Shown here piece after piece: positions 17,347-26,079 of a stretch of DNA of 32,000 bases (position 1 is its first letter; each line of letters starts with the position of its first letter). The stretch spans positions 2,220,001 through 2,252,000 of the forward strand of contig CP178758.1 in NCBI GenBank assembly GCA_047651235.1, read 5' to 3'. The notes beneath the pieces were generated by a model. It was not told the origin of the DNA, did no database searches, and saw only the letters and a list, made by a program, of their open reading frames with translations. The position numbers were made by a program, and so were the translations under genes. Origin of the DNA: Candidatus Electrothrix yaqonensis. Its GTDB lineage: Bacteria > Desulfobacterota > Desulfobulbia > Desulfobulbales > Desulfobulbaceae.

Positions 17347-17870
17347 GGAACGGGAATTAAATAACTACGGGATTCAAAGCCGTCCTGACGGAACAGCGGC
17401 ATAATTCCACTTCGGCAGAAACTCGTCGAATTGAATTTTCATATTTTCTTTAAAACCGTCAGCCGTTTTGCGGCCTGTCTCGAAGAGGAATTCAGATTTT
17501 CCATGTGTCGTCCACCAGTTCCGAATACAGGCGCACCCGAACTCGGAGGTGTCACCGCTTGTCCCTAATGTGATATAACCGATATTACTGTATATATCAT
17601 ACAGTCCATAGGCGAACCCGCCGTGTGTTTTTTCAGCACTGCGAAAAATGCGTCATCAAGATCGACGGCGGTCGAGAGGACGGATTTACGTCCCCCGCCC
17701 GGTTTGCGAATTCGTTCTTCTTTTTCAGACAGGCTGCCGTAAAAATTACGCATTCGCGTTTCTATCTCAGGAGAATATGTCTTTATCTTCATAACCGGAT
17801 GAGAATAAACGCAACTATGAAATTGTCAATGACCTGTCAGCAAGTTCCGTTGTTATTAAATTTTCATTCC
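17347..17870 (-). mobile_element. non-autonomous ISAzo13-derived element, copy A (524 bp)
   Basis: The imperfect terminal inverted repeats GGAACGGGAATTAAATAACTACGG and GGAATGAAAATTTAATAACAACGG match at 19/24. Internal relics of an ISAzo13-type transposase are present (ERIRKPGGGRK..., CACIRNWW..., ...FLPKWNYAAVP), with large internal deletions. Confidence 0.8.
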
Positions 17871-18057
17871 TAAGCACCACCTCGGCAGCAGGTTTGATCC
17901 GGGCTACCGCATCAACAAAACGGGACTCGGCCTGCTCCGGTTCATCCTCCCTGCCCCGCGCGATACGCTCCATGCCCTGCTGTTCGCTTATCTCTGTTTC
18001 GACATATACTGGCTGACCGTCCAGCTCAAATTCAACGAGTTTTTTCATGTTGTTCAT
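17815..18057 (-). pseudogene. Trypco1-like (CU044_2847-like) small protein, 3'-truncated by element copy A
   Basis: AGGAGG SD precedes MNNMKKLVEFELDGQPVYVETEISEQQGMERIARGREDEPEQAESRFVDAVARIKPAAEVVL. This matches my recollection of the N-terminal half of trypsin-co-occurring domain 1 proteins. From 17870 downward the frame reads IS sequence. Confidence 0.5.
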
Positions 18058-18094
18058 GGTATTCCTCCTAGTCTGGATTGACGGATGCATCTGA

Positions 18095-18427
18095 TCAGAC
18101 AGTGATATATTCTTCTTTTATCATGGTATCAATAAAATCAAGGACAAACTGCCGTTGGTTGGGTGTGGCCCAGTCAATGCACGAACAGCGGATGTTATTG
18201 GAACTGCGCACGAGGAACTCAATACGGATTTCTGTCTTTTCCAAGAGAACGGTAAAATAGAACGGCCCGCAGTCCGGGTGATTCAGCTGGGCCAGAGCCA
18301 GCAGCTCCCGGGGCACCTCAAGCCAAAAAACACCGTCCATAGGTCCGGGCTTCAGGGTTCGTTTGAGATAATTGTCCAAGTTGTCATGTTCCAAAAAAGA
18401 AAGTTCATCGATTACATACTGGCGCAT
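18095..18427 (-). CDS. 110-aa hypothetical protein (cargo gene 1)
   Basis: Starts MRQYVIDELSFLEHDNLDNYLKRTLKPGPMDGVFWLEVP and ends ...IRCSCIDWATPNQRQFVLDFIDTMIKEEYITV. It stops 37 nt before the next gene's start. No family recognised. Confidence 0.55.
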   Translation of the reverse strand: MRQYVIDELSFLEHDNLDNYLKRTLKPGPMDGVFWLEVPRELLALAQLNHPDCGPFYFTVLLEKTEIRIEFLVRSSNNIRCSCIDWATPNQRQFVLDFIDTMIKEEYITV

Positions 18428-18557
18428 AGTCGGATATCCTGTGGCAAGCTGATAAAAAAAGAAAAAAAATAGGCCAGAACGGAGTGTGACCTTCTCAAGT
18501 TGCATTATGGTACATTATGATATCATGAAGCCCTGTATCTGTTTATGCAACAAGTAA

Positions 18558-19088
18558 GGAACGGGAATTAAATAACTACGGGATTCAAAGCCGTCCTGAC
18601 GGAACAGCGGCATAATTCCACTTCGGCAGAAACTCGTCGAATTGAATTTTCATATTTCATATTTTCTTTAAAACCGTCAGCCGTTTTGCGGCCTGTCTCG
18701 AAGAGGAATTCAGATTTTCCATGTGTCGTCCACCAGTTCCGAATACAGGCGCACCCGAACTCGGAGGTGTCACCGCTTGCCCCTAACGTGATATAACCGA
18801 TATTACTGTATATATCATACAGTCCATAGGCGAACCCGCCGTGTGATTTTTCAGCACTGCGAAAAATGCGTCATCAAGGCCGACGGCGGTCGAGAGGACG
18901 GATTTACGTCCCCCGCCCGGTTTGCGAATTCGTTCTTCTTTTTCAGACAGGCTGCCGTAAAAATTACGCATTCGCGTTTCTATCTCAGGAGAATATGTTT
19001 TTATCTTCATAACCGGATGAGAATAAACGCAACTATGAAATTGTCAATGACCTGTCAGCAAGTTCCGTTGTTATTAAATTTTCATTCC
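18558..19088 (-). mobile_element. non-autonomous ISAzo13-derived element, copy B (531 bp)
   Basis: Direct repeat of copy A with 6 substitutions and one 7-bp internal duplication. Confidence 0.8.
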
Positions 19089-20318
19089 ATAGTATTGAAA
19101 CATGGGGACATCCGACCATTGCTGCACAGCCTTTTTCGCGTATGTATGCAGGAGGGCAAATTCAAGCATGCGCTGCCAGATCTGGCAGAGCATGACCAAC
19201 TCATCTTTATGAAAAGCAAGACCACTGCCTTTTTTCAGATACGGCAGCAGAGCGGCACGTACCCCTTTCCAGGCCGGAAGTTTGTTGCCGTTACTGTCTA
19301 TAAGACTGGTAGCGATCTGCAACAACTCGTCTTTTTCCGGTTTATTTGTGACAGCCGCCTTCAGGTCGGCCGTGAATTTCTTTTTCCATGACTGCGGCAT
19401 CGGCAGCAGTTCAGCGTCCATACAGACCTGAAAGCGGGCAACAGCCTGATGTTCATACCGTTCCGATCCTTTCTCCAGCAGGGCCTGCCCTTCTTTTTCC
19501 TCATCCTGGATCAGTTTGATCAGCCCCTGGTTGATCTCTATCCTGCCCTGATCGGCACCTCCCCGGGCAAAGGCGGATGCATGATCACATTCTTTGCAGG
19601 CCAAGGCGTATTTCTCCTGATTGACCAGTTTCTGCGCATGATTGATATGCGCCCCGATAAGCAGTTCCCGTACCTTTGTGTTGATAGGATCAATTTTAAG
19701 GAGATCCCGGGCAAGACGGCTCGCCTTTTTAAAGGCGCCGCGCCTGACTGCCGCTTCAGCGCCGAGAAAGAGAATATCCGGTTCTTTCGGGAAATGCTCC
19801 AGCATTCTGTTCACCCAGCGGTACTGCTCGGCAGGAGCCATATGCAGCAGCTGATGCATTCTGAGCCAGGTCGCCTTGTCGTCCGGATCATAGCTCAGAC
19901 TCTTTTCCAGCTCTTCCCGCTGCTCCCGCCAACCGTATTCATCACCCTGTATCATGCTGATCAGCGCAGCAGTATGCCGATGGATCATGGCGATCTTCAG
20001 CGCATCAGCCGGATTTTTTCTCTTGGCAAGTATCCGGCAGGCCCGTTGCCACATTTCCGGAATCTGATACGACTCATCGTCTATCTCCAGAGCAAGGGCC
20101 TGCAGGTGGGCATTTTCAAATTCGTCCTCAATCGGGCCGAATCGTTTTGCATATATCCGGTAATACGAAGGATCATGAACAAGGAGCTGGCAGCATAAGC
20201 GCTTGAGTCGGTTAGGGGCAAGGCAGTTGCCCGCATTGAGCAGGCTTCGTAAAAAACCAACCGGGGTGGCTGCATTTTTTTCCAGCAGGCTGATCAGCTT
20301 ACCTTTCTCCTTATCCAT
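19074..20318 (-). CDS. 414-aa helical-repeat (TPR-like) protein, 3' end replaced by IS sequence
   Basis: Long ORF. The last codons (...YY GMKI*) are encoded by the end of element copy B. Confidence 0.65.
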   Translation of the reverse strand: MDKEKGKLISLLEKNAATPVGFLRSLLNAGNCLAPNRLKRLCCQLLVHDPSYYRIYAKRFGPIEDEFENAHLQALALEIDDESYQIPEMWQRACRILAKRKNPADALKIAMIHRHTAALISMIQGDEYGWREQREELEKSLSYDPDDKATWLRMHQLLHMAPAEQYRWVNRMLEHFPKEPDILFLGAEAAVRRGAFKKASRLARDLLKIDPINTKVRELLIGAHINHAQKLVNQEKYALACKECDHASAFARGGADQGRIEINQGLIKLIQDEEKEGQALLEKGSERYEHQAVARFQVCMDAELLPMPQSWKKKFTADLKAAVTNKPEKDELLQIATSLIDSNGNKLPAWKGVRAALLPYLKKGSGLAFHKDELVMLCQIWQRMLEFALLHTYAKKAVQQWSDVPMFQYYGMKI

Positions 20319-20761
20319 CCCCTGCAGAAGCTGAAAAACTTTTTTTCCGTTATGCTGATATCCCTCGTTTCATCCCTCTTGCCCTTTTTCCTTCCCCCGG
20401 CATCTTCCAGCACATGAAGATACGGTGAAATCAGGGTGAAAAACGGAGAATCCGCCTCAACCTTGGCAAAGAAGGGCCGGGCCTTGCCCTGTCCCTTATG
20501 AAAAGCAACCATGCCTTTCAGGGCCATGCGGAAATTCTTGTACGGTGAGCGGAAGGGGATATGCTGCAGGGATTCCAATACTTCGCTGCCCTGTGCATAA
20601 CAACGCAGGGCCTTTTGTGCATGGACGAGCTGGCAACGTACAGGGGCATCAGGCGCGAATTGTTTTTCAAGCACAGTATTGCCGCTGAGCAGCAGGGCGG
20701 CAAAGGCTTCCTCAACCCGCTGTTTCTCCTGCCCGGTCAGGGTATCTTTTGTTTTTTTCAT
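20294..20761 (-). CDS. 155-aa hypothetical protein (possibly the 5' part of 19074..20318)
   Basis: GGGAG SD upstream. Overlaps the next ORF by 25 nt next to an A7 tract (20340-20346). Confidence 0.5.
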   Translation of the reverse strand: MKKTKDTLTGQEKQRVEEAFAALLLSGNTVLEKQFAPDAPVRCQLVHAQKALRCYAQGSEVLESLQHIPFRSPYKNFRMALKGMVAFHKGQGKARPFFAKVEADSPFFTLISPYLHVLEDAGGRKKGKRDETRDISITEKKFFSFCRGWIRRKVS

Positions 20762-20783
20762 AGATCTCCCGAGCCTTGTCCGC

Positions 20784-21122
20784 CTATTCGGCCTGCATCA
20801 GCAGGAGAATGTGCATACCCTGCAGGGTTGCTGTTTGCTCAGGCAGCTGCGCCTCCATGTTATGAAAAATAACAAGGGCTTCTTTATACATGCCTTTGAC
20901 TGCCAGCTGGTTGATGCGCCCCTGAAAAGAAGAGCGCAGCGGTTCTTCCCATTGTTGCTCTTTGCTTTCCTGCAGCAATCGACGAAACACCTTGATCGCA
21001 TCGGCAAATTTTTCCTGATCGAGATAGGCCTGCCCGGCGTTCGGCAGCTCATTCATCGGCAGATGAGATATGGATGTGGTTTTGTTTTTTCTTCTTTTTT
21101 CCTGAGATCGTTTCTTTGCCAT
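20784..21122 (-). CDS. 112-aa TPR-like hypothetical protein
   Basis: I start it at MAKKRSQEKRRKNK... (ATG 21122). A single TPR-like unit is visible: AGQAYLDQEKFADAIKVFRRLL. Confidence 0.5.
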   Translation of the reverse strand: MAKKRSQEKRRKNKTTSISHLPMNELPNAGQAYLDQEKFADAIKVFRRLLQESKEQQWEEPLRSSFQGRINQLAVKGMYKEALVIFHNMEAQLPEQTATLQGMHILLLMQAE

Positions 21123-21327
21123 GTTCCTGTTGCACCGTGTACGGAAGGGGTGACTCAAGAAATGTCGTTTTTTCTGTTTGTCCCGTTATAACCTGCTGTT
21201 CCTGCTCTGGCAAGGGGACAGAATTCATCCCGGCCCGCAAATGGCATCTGATGATCTTCAACAGGCAGGGTGGATGGCAGCAGGGCACAGAGAGTACAGG
21301 TAAAATTGAAAAAGGATGTGCTTTTGC

Positions 21328-22272
21328 TCAGTTCTTCTTTTCCTGAAAAATATCCGGAAAACGCTGCCGGAAATCCTCCTGCAGGGGAATCATCACTTCC
21401 CGCATGGACGGCTCTGCGGCTCTGGTTGTGCGCAGACTGAAAATATGCCGCCATTCCTCCAGATTGGCGTAGACGATCAGTTCGGTCTTGCAGGAGTTGG
21501 GCAGGACAGTGCGGGCCGCCTGTGGGGTGGAGGTCTCCAGCAGCTTGAGGTAGAGCTGTTCTGTCTCCAGCATGGCCTTTTCCCAGAGCGCATATTCCGG
21601 GCTGCCCTGGGTAAAGAACATGGGCCGGATAAAGGTGACCTCGCTGCCGAATTTATCGTCGCTATACCTGCAATAACGTTGTGATTCCTGGAGGAAGCTG
21701 CATATCCTGTGGCGCACGATCTCATGCGTCACTGCCCGGTTGACAATAAACTTGACTGCGATGTATCGGTGAATCGCCAGCCTGTCCGGCGGAAGCCGAT
21801 CTACCTCGTCCAGTTCCACCTTGCGGATACGGATTGCCGGGTCCCGGGTCAGTCCTGCTTCCGGCAGAACGCTGCTGAAAAAATATGGATGCCGGTCATT
21901 GAGCAGAGCACAGGCAGATCGGACAAGCGCATTTTCTGGATGCCGGACAAGCAGCTCCCGGAAGGTACGGATACTGCCGGTGAGCAGCAGCCTGCTTTCC
22001 TCCCGGTCGATATACAGATGTTTTGGCTGGCAGAGAAATAATTCAGTGACTGCGCTTTCCTCGGTGCGCTCCGCCTCCAGGGTGACCACACCCATCTCCA
22101 GAACCGAGTTATGGCCGTGCTCGGCTATCTTGCGGACAAAGGGAATAGCGGAATCCCGGTCAATCCGGTCTTCACTTTTATAACAGACCCGACCGCAGCG
22201 CTCGATGCGGACGGCAAGGCTTTTCCGGTCAAGGGAATCAAGGATTTCGTATGAAGGGTCGATAATTATCAT
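21328..22272 (-). CDS. thyX: FAD-dependent thymidylate synthase
   Basis: Carries the ThyX motif RHRICSFLQESQRY (RHRxxSxxxxSxR) and a downstream ARTVLPNS...WRHIFSLR region. Confidence 0.9.
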   Translation of the reverse strand: MIIIDPSYEILDSLDRKSLAVRIERCGRVCYKSEDRIDRDSAIPFVRKIAEHGHNSVLEMGVVTLEAERTEESAVTELFLCQPKHLYIDREESRLLLTGSIRTFRELLVRHPENALVRSACALLNDRHPYFFSSVLPEAGLTRDPAIRIRKVELDEVDRLPPDRLAIHRYIAVKFIVNRAVTHEIVRHRICSFLQESQRYCRYSDDKFGSEVTFIRPMFFTQGSPEYALWEKAMLETEQLYLKLLETSTPQAARTVLPNSCKTELIVYANLEEWRHIFSLRTTRAAEPSMREVMIPLQEDFRQRFPDIFQEKKN

Positions 22273-22291
22273 AGACTTTTATCATAGACTT
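22266..22291. repeat. perfect 13-bp tandem duplication spanning the thyX start codon
   Basis: ttatcatagactt occurs at 22266-22278 and again at 22279-22291. On the minus strand this duplicates AAGTCTATGATAA, including the ATG. Confidence 0.9.
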
Positions 22292-22569
22292 GGAAGTTTT
22301 GCAGCCCCCCTGTCGGGTGTTGTTTCTCTGTTGTTTTTCTATACCGACCGCTCTGAAAAGCTCCTGCGGGCGTGCGGCTGTTCTTTCAGTTCGCAGGACC
22401 AAACTTCAAACGAATATCTTATGTGGCAGAAAATTTCAAGAGGAAACAGCATGATTTTTCTTTTCATTCCTTACAGACCCGGTGAACAGAAGAAAACTTG
22501 CCGGAGCGCGATGAATTGTTTATCCTGCAGCAGCACAGCGTATGCAACTGAACCAGTATCCGTACAATT

Positions 22570-23448
22570 ATGCCTACAAACCACAAACCGCAGAAGTTAT
22601 TTTCTTCCCCGCAACAGGTCATTCGGGATATCGGGCTGCTCTGCCTCGGCGGCGTCCTTTGTGCTGTCGGGATCAACAGTATTCTGGTTCCCCAGAATTT
22701 TTTGACCGGAGGGGTCAGCGGCATTGCGTTGATCATCCATAAGTTCGTCCCTTCTCTCAACTTGGGGCTGACTTATCTTCTCCTGAATCTGCCACTTTTT
22801 GTCCTGGCCTGGATGGTGGTGGGACGGCGTTTTTTCTTTTACAGCATTCTAGGAGCCCTTGCTCTGACGGTTTCCCTGATGTTTCTTCACGTTGATTTCC
22901 AGGTGGAGGACAAGATGCTCAATGCCCTGCTGGCCGGGATCATTCTCGGTACAGGTGCAGGGCTCTGCCTGAAGACCTCCGGATCACAGGGCGGCACGGA
23001 TATCCTTTCCGTCATGCTGCTGAAACGCTTTTCCGTCAAAATAGGAACTACTACTCTGGTGATCAACGGCCTCATTCTGCTGCTCATTTCAGTGTACTAT
23101 TCCATCGAGGCAGTGCTGTACACCATGATTGTAGTTTTTGTCAGCTCCAAAGTGGTCAACCTGGTGGTGGTCGGTCTCAGTCAGCGGAAAGTGGTCTTTA
23201 TCATTTCAAAACAATGGGAAACCATTTCGCAGGAAATACTGAAAGATATCCGGCGCGGAGTAACGATTATCAAAGGAGAGGGCGGATACAGCCGCAGGGA
23301 GGAAAAAATTCTCTACGCTGTTGTGCAGCTGAGAGAAATCGGCCTGCTGAAACGGATCGTCCACAGAATCGATCCTGACGCCTTTGTGGTGATCAGCGAC
23401 ACCCAGGAGGTAATCAACTACAGGATCGGCAATCAACCGCACTGGTAA
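22570..23448 (+). CDS. YitT-family membrane protein (DUF161/DUF2179)
   Basis: Multi-TM N-terminal part with FLTGGVSGIALII, plus a soluble C-terminal domain (GVTIIKGEGGYS...DPDAFVVISD) typical of YitT. Confidence 0.85.
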   Translation: MPTNHKPQKLFSSPQQVIRDIGLLCLGGVLCAVGINSILVPQNFLTGGVSGIALIIHKFVPSLNLGLTYLLLNLPLFVLAWMVVGRRFFFYSILGALALTVSLMFLHVDFQVEDKMLNALLAGIILGTGAGLCLKTSGSQGGTDILSVMLLKRFSVKIGTTTLVINGLILLLISVYYSIEAVLYTMIVVFVSSKVVNLVVVGLSQRKVVFIISKQWETISQEILKDIRRGVTIIKGEGGYSRREEKILYAVVQLREIGLLKRIVHRIDPDAFVVISDTQEVINYRIGNQPHW

Positions 23449-23488
23449 ACGTAAGCCGTCAGTTGTAAAACATAAACCGGAAAGAAAG

Positions 23489-23935
23489 ATGGACAGCAGG
23501 GACCCGTTTGATCTGCAGCGTTTTGTCAGAGCGCAGAATTCTGTTTGGCGACAGGTTGTCCGGGAGCTGCGGCAGGGCCGGAAACAGACGCACTGGATGT
23601 GGTTTGTCTTTCCCCAGGTGCAGGGGCTGGGCCGCAGTGCAGTTGCAGAACAATACGCCATAAGGTCAATGGAGGAGGCAGAAGCCTATCTGGCCCATAC
23701 TGTGCTGGGTAGCAGGCTGCAGGAATGCGTGCAGCTGACTTTGGCGGTAAAAGGGCGCAGTGCCGGGGAACTCTTCGGTTACCCGGATGAACTGAAATTC
23801 AGATCCTGCCTGACTCTGTTCCGGGAGACGGTCGGAGAGAACAGCCTGTTCACGCACGCCCTTGACAGATATTTTTCCGGCCGGGGAGATTGGCTGACTG
23901 TTGACATCATCAAAAGATGGCGGAACAGGGTCTAA
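23489..23935 (+). CDS. DUF1810 family protein
   Basis: DPFDLQRFVRAQ...GRKQTHWMWFVFPQVQGLGRS matches the DUF1810 signature as I recall it. Confidence 0.85.
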   Translation: MDSRDPFDLQRFVRAQNSVWRQVVRELRQGRKQTHWMWFVFPQVQGLGRSAVAEQYAIRSMEEAEAYLAHTVLGSRLQECVQLTLAVKGRSAGELFGYPDELKFRSCLTLFRETVGENSLFTHALDRYFSGRGDWLTVDIIKRWRNRV

Positions 23936-23967
23936 AGCGAGATAGATGTCGCGTCCCGTGTGATATA

Positions 23968-24864
23968 TCAGGCGCATTCCTCCTTGTTTTGTTTTGCCGG
24001 ACGGTAGACAATAACCTGCGGCAGCTGGACGGCAAACAGGGCGTTGACGGTTTTGATCAGGAAAAAGAAGGTCAGCAGGGGCAGCAGGACAACCTGGATG
24101 ACCAGAATTCCCACGTAGAGAAAGGTGAGCCTGAGAAGATTTTCAATAATGTTCCCCATATTGTCTGCCGCTACGGTAAGAGCCTTTCTGAAATCACCAG
24201 ACTTCCGTTTGAGAAAGGCCGCCGTACCCAGCAGACTTTTTTCCGGCAGGGAAAAATCCTTCAGCTTATCCAGATCAGCTGAGTGAACAGCCAGCTCTTT
24301 GTTGACCTCTTCAATCTGTCCGTTGAAGAAATGACGGTTGATCAGCTCGTTGATCGCTGATGAGACCGGAAGGCAGAAGCGGGCGATGAGAATGAGCAGA
24401 GCAAAGCGCGTCATGGTCTTCTGCAGAAACTCCATTCTTTCCCCGCTGAACCATACCAGCAGAGAAAGGACGACCATAAGAACAGCAAATACGGGCGGCA
24501 GGAGGGAAACACCGATTTCGTACATCAGTTTCTGCACGCCTAATGAGGTAACTGCTGTGACCAGTACATCAGCGACCCGCTCGGTCATGTCGTCCACAGG
24601 ATCCACTGCCTGGCCCACAGCCAGCGAGATGCCAATGCCTGCGGGCTGCAGGTGCATGCTGGATTCCTCGATAATGGAGACAGATGCATTGATCACCCGG
24701 CAGATAGCATAGGAAACGCTGCCTCTGGTGATTGCTTCGGTAAAGTAAGTCTCTGCTGTTTGATCGATTACCGGCAGCTTTAGGCCGGGAGACAGGAAGA
24801 GCAGGACTGCGATAAGAATGCCGAGGACGGACAGCACGGCTTTCTGCAGGATAACGTTTTTCAT
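23968..24864 (-). CDS. 298-aa multi-pass membrane protein (hypothetical)
   Basis: AAGGAGAG SD upstream and several TM helices. No family recognised. Confidence 0.65.
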   Translation of the reverse strand: MKNVILQKAVLSVLGILIAVLLFLSPGLKLPVIDQTAETYFTEAITRGSVSYAICRVINASVSIIEESSMHLQPAGIGISLAVGQAVDPVDDMTERVADVLVTAVTSLGVQKLMYEIGVSLLPPVFAVLMVVLSLLVWFSGERMEFLQKTMTRFALLILIARFCLPVSSAINELINRHFFNGQIEEVNKELAVHSADLDKLKDFSLPEKSLLGTAAFLKRKSGDFRKALTVAADNMGNIIENLLRLTFLYVGILVIQVVLLPLLTFFFLIKTVNALFAVQLPQVIVYRPAKQNKEECA

Positions 24865-24934
24865 GGTCTCTCCTTTTCAGTTGTGTTCTGTCGGGCAGCT
24901 CACCAGGTTGTCCTGCAGTCGTCCTGCAGGACAT

Positions 24935-25138
24935 TTATTCCATCAGGTGAATGCGTTCACAGTCAGGGCAGACCCAGGTGGGGCCGTTGCTGATTCCCCA
25001 TTTGTTTTCCTCAAAACACTCCGGGCAGATGGCAAAACCGCAGGTGCAGCTCCAGCAGAATGGCTGCCGTTCTTTGCAGCAGTGACAGATATTCTTATTT
25101 TTCCGCCGTTGACGGCGTTTTTCCGTTGCTGTTGTCAT
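24935..25138 (-). CDS. 67-aa Cys-rich zinc-ribbon-like protein
   Basis: Cys pattern CHCC...CWSCTC...CPEC...CPDC. Basic N-terminus. No clear SD. Confidence 0.45.
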   Translation of the reverse strand: MTTATEKRRQRRKNKNICHCCKERQPFCWSCTCGFAICPECFEENKWGISNGPTWVCPDCERIHLME

Positions 25139-25184
25139 ATTCTATCATAGAACAGCATCTGCTGTCTGCTTTGGATAGGTGGAT

Positions 25185-25925
25185 TCAGATTTCAGGGCAG
25201 AGCCTGTGGTCATGGGGGTGCTCACCGCAGGTATGGGCATGCCGGTGGAGATGGAGACGTTCCGTGCCGCTGTGGACGACCCGGCCCTGATTCAGCGTGT
25301 ACAGGTCAGTGCAGGTGGCGCTGAGAAAATCCCAGTCATGGGAGATAATCAGATAACTGATATCGAGTTTGTTGAGCAGGGCAATCAGGCGTTCCCGGAT
25401 TGCCGGATCCAGATTATTGGTCGGCTCGTCCAGCAGAATGGCTTCCGGCTGCATGGACAGGACCGTAGCAATAGAAACCAGTTTTTTCTCGCCGCCGGAC
25501 AGTCGGTGGGTGACCTGATCCTTCAAGCCGCCAAGACCCAATTTTTCCAGGGTAGTGACAGAAATCTGTATAGCCTCTTCCGGTGTTTTGCCGAGATTCA
25601 ACGGACCAAAGGCCACATCTTCCAGCACGGTTGCCGAGAAAAGCTGATCGTCGGCATCCTGAAAAACCAGTCCGATATTCCTGCGCAATTGCCTGAACCC
25701 GTCTTTATCCGTGAGCTCGTCGCCTTTGAACAGCAGCTTGCCTTCTGCGGGCCGGTGCAGTCCCATGATGAGATGGAGCAGGGTGGTCTTGCCGCTGCCG
25801 TTGGGGCCGATCAGACCGATTTTCTGCCTGTACCCGATGGACATGTCGATGCGGCCCAGAATCTGACGGCCGTCAGGATAGGAAAAGGAGACCTGCTGCA
25901 GCTGAACGAGGGGAGGGGTGGTCAT
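25185..25925 (-). CDS. ECF/CbiO-type ABC ATPase with a His/Cys-rich tail
   Basis: Walker A GPNGSGKTT, signature LSGGEKKLVSIA, Walker B ILLDEPTNNLD. The tail is HLHRHAHTCGEHPHDHRLCPEI. Confidence 0.9.
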   Translation of the reverse strand: MTTPPLVQLQQVSFSYPDGRQILGRIDMSIGYRQKIGLIGPNGSGKTTLLHLIMGLHRPAEGKLLFKGDELTDKDGFRQLRRNIGLVFQDADDQLFSATVLEDVAFGPLNLGKTPEEAIQISVTTLEKLGLGGLKDQVTHRLSGGEKKLVSIATVLSMQPEAILLDEPTNNLDPAIRERLIALLNKLDISYLIISHDWDFLSATCTDLYTLNQGRVVHSGTERLHLHRHAHTCGEHPHDHRLCPEI

Positions 25926-26079
25926 GGAAATGGAAATTTTCCGGGAGTTCTCCAGCTATTTTGGCGATATATCGAGCGATAAGCGATCCAAACAAGATCG
26001 TCGGGAGAAACAGAAGCTCCTGCAGGAAGGCCAGCGCCGAGAACGTGTCCTCCTGCAGGATTGAAGCGTTTACTTCTGT

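Noticed and set aside
25926-26079. Possible cbiQ/ecfT 3' remnant upstream of the ECF ATPase. One frame ends in an ATGA overlap with the ATPase start, and another reads a hydrophobic ILQEDTFSALAFLQELLFLPTILFGSLIARYIAK
   Set aside because: Neither frame has a start codon or a motif I can tie to EcfT. The two frames give conflicting signals.
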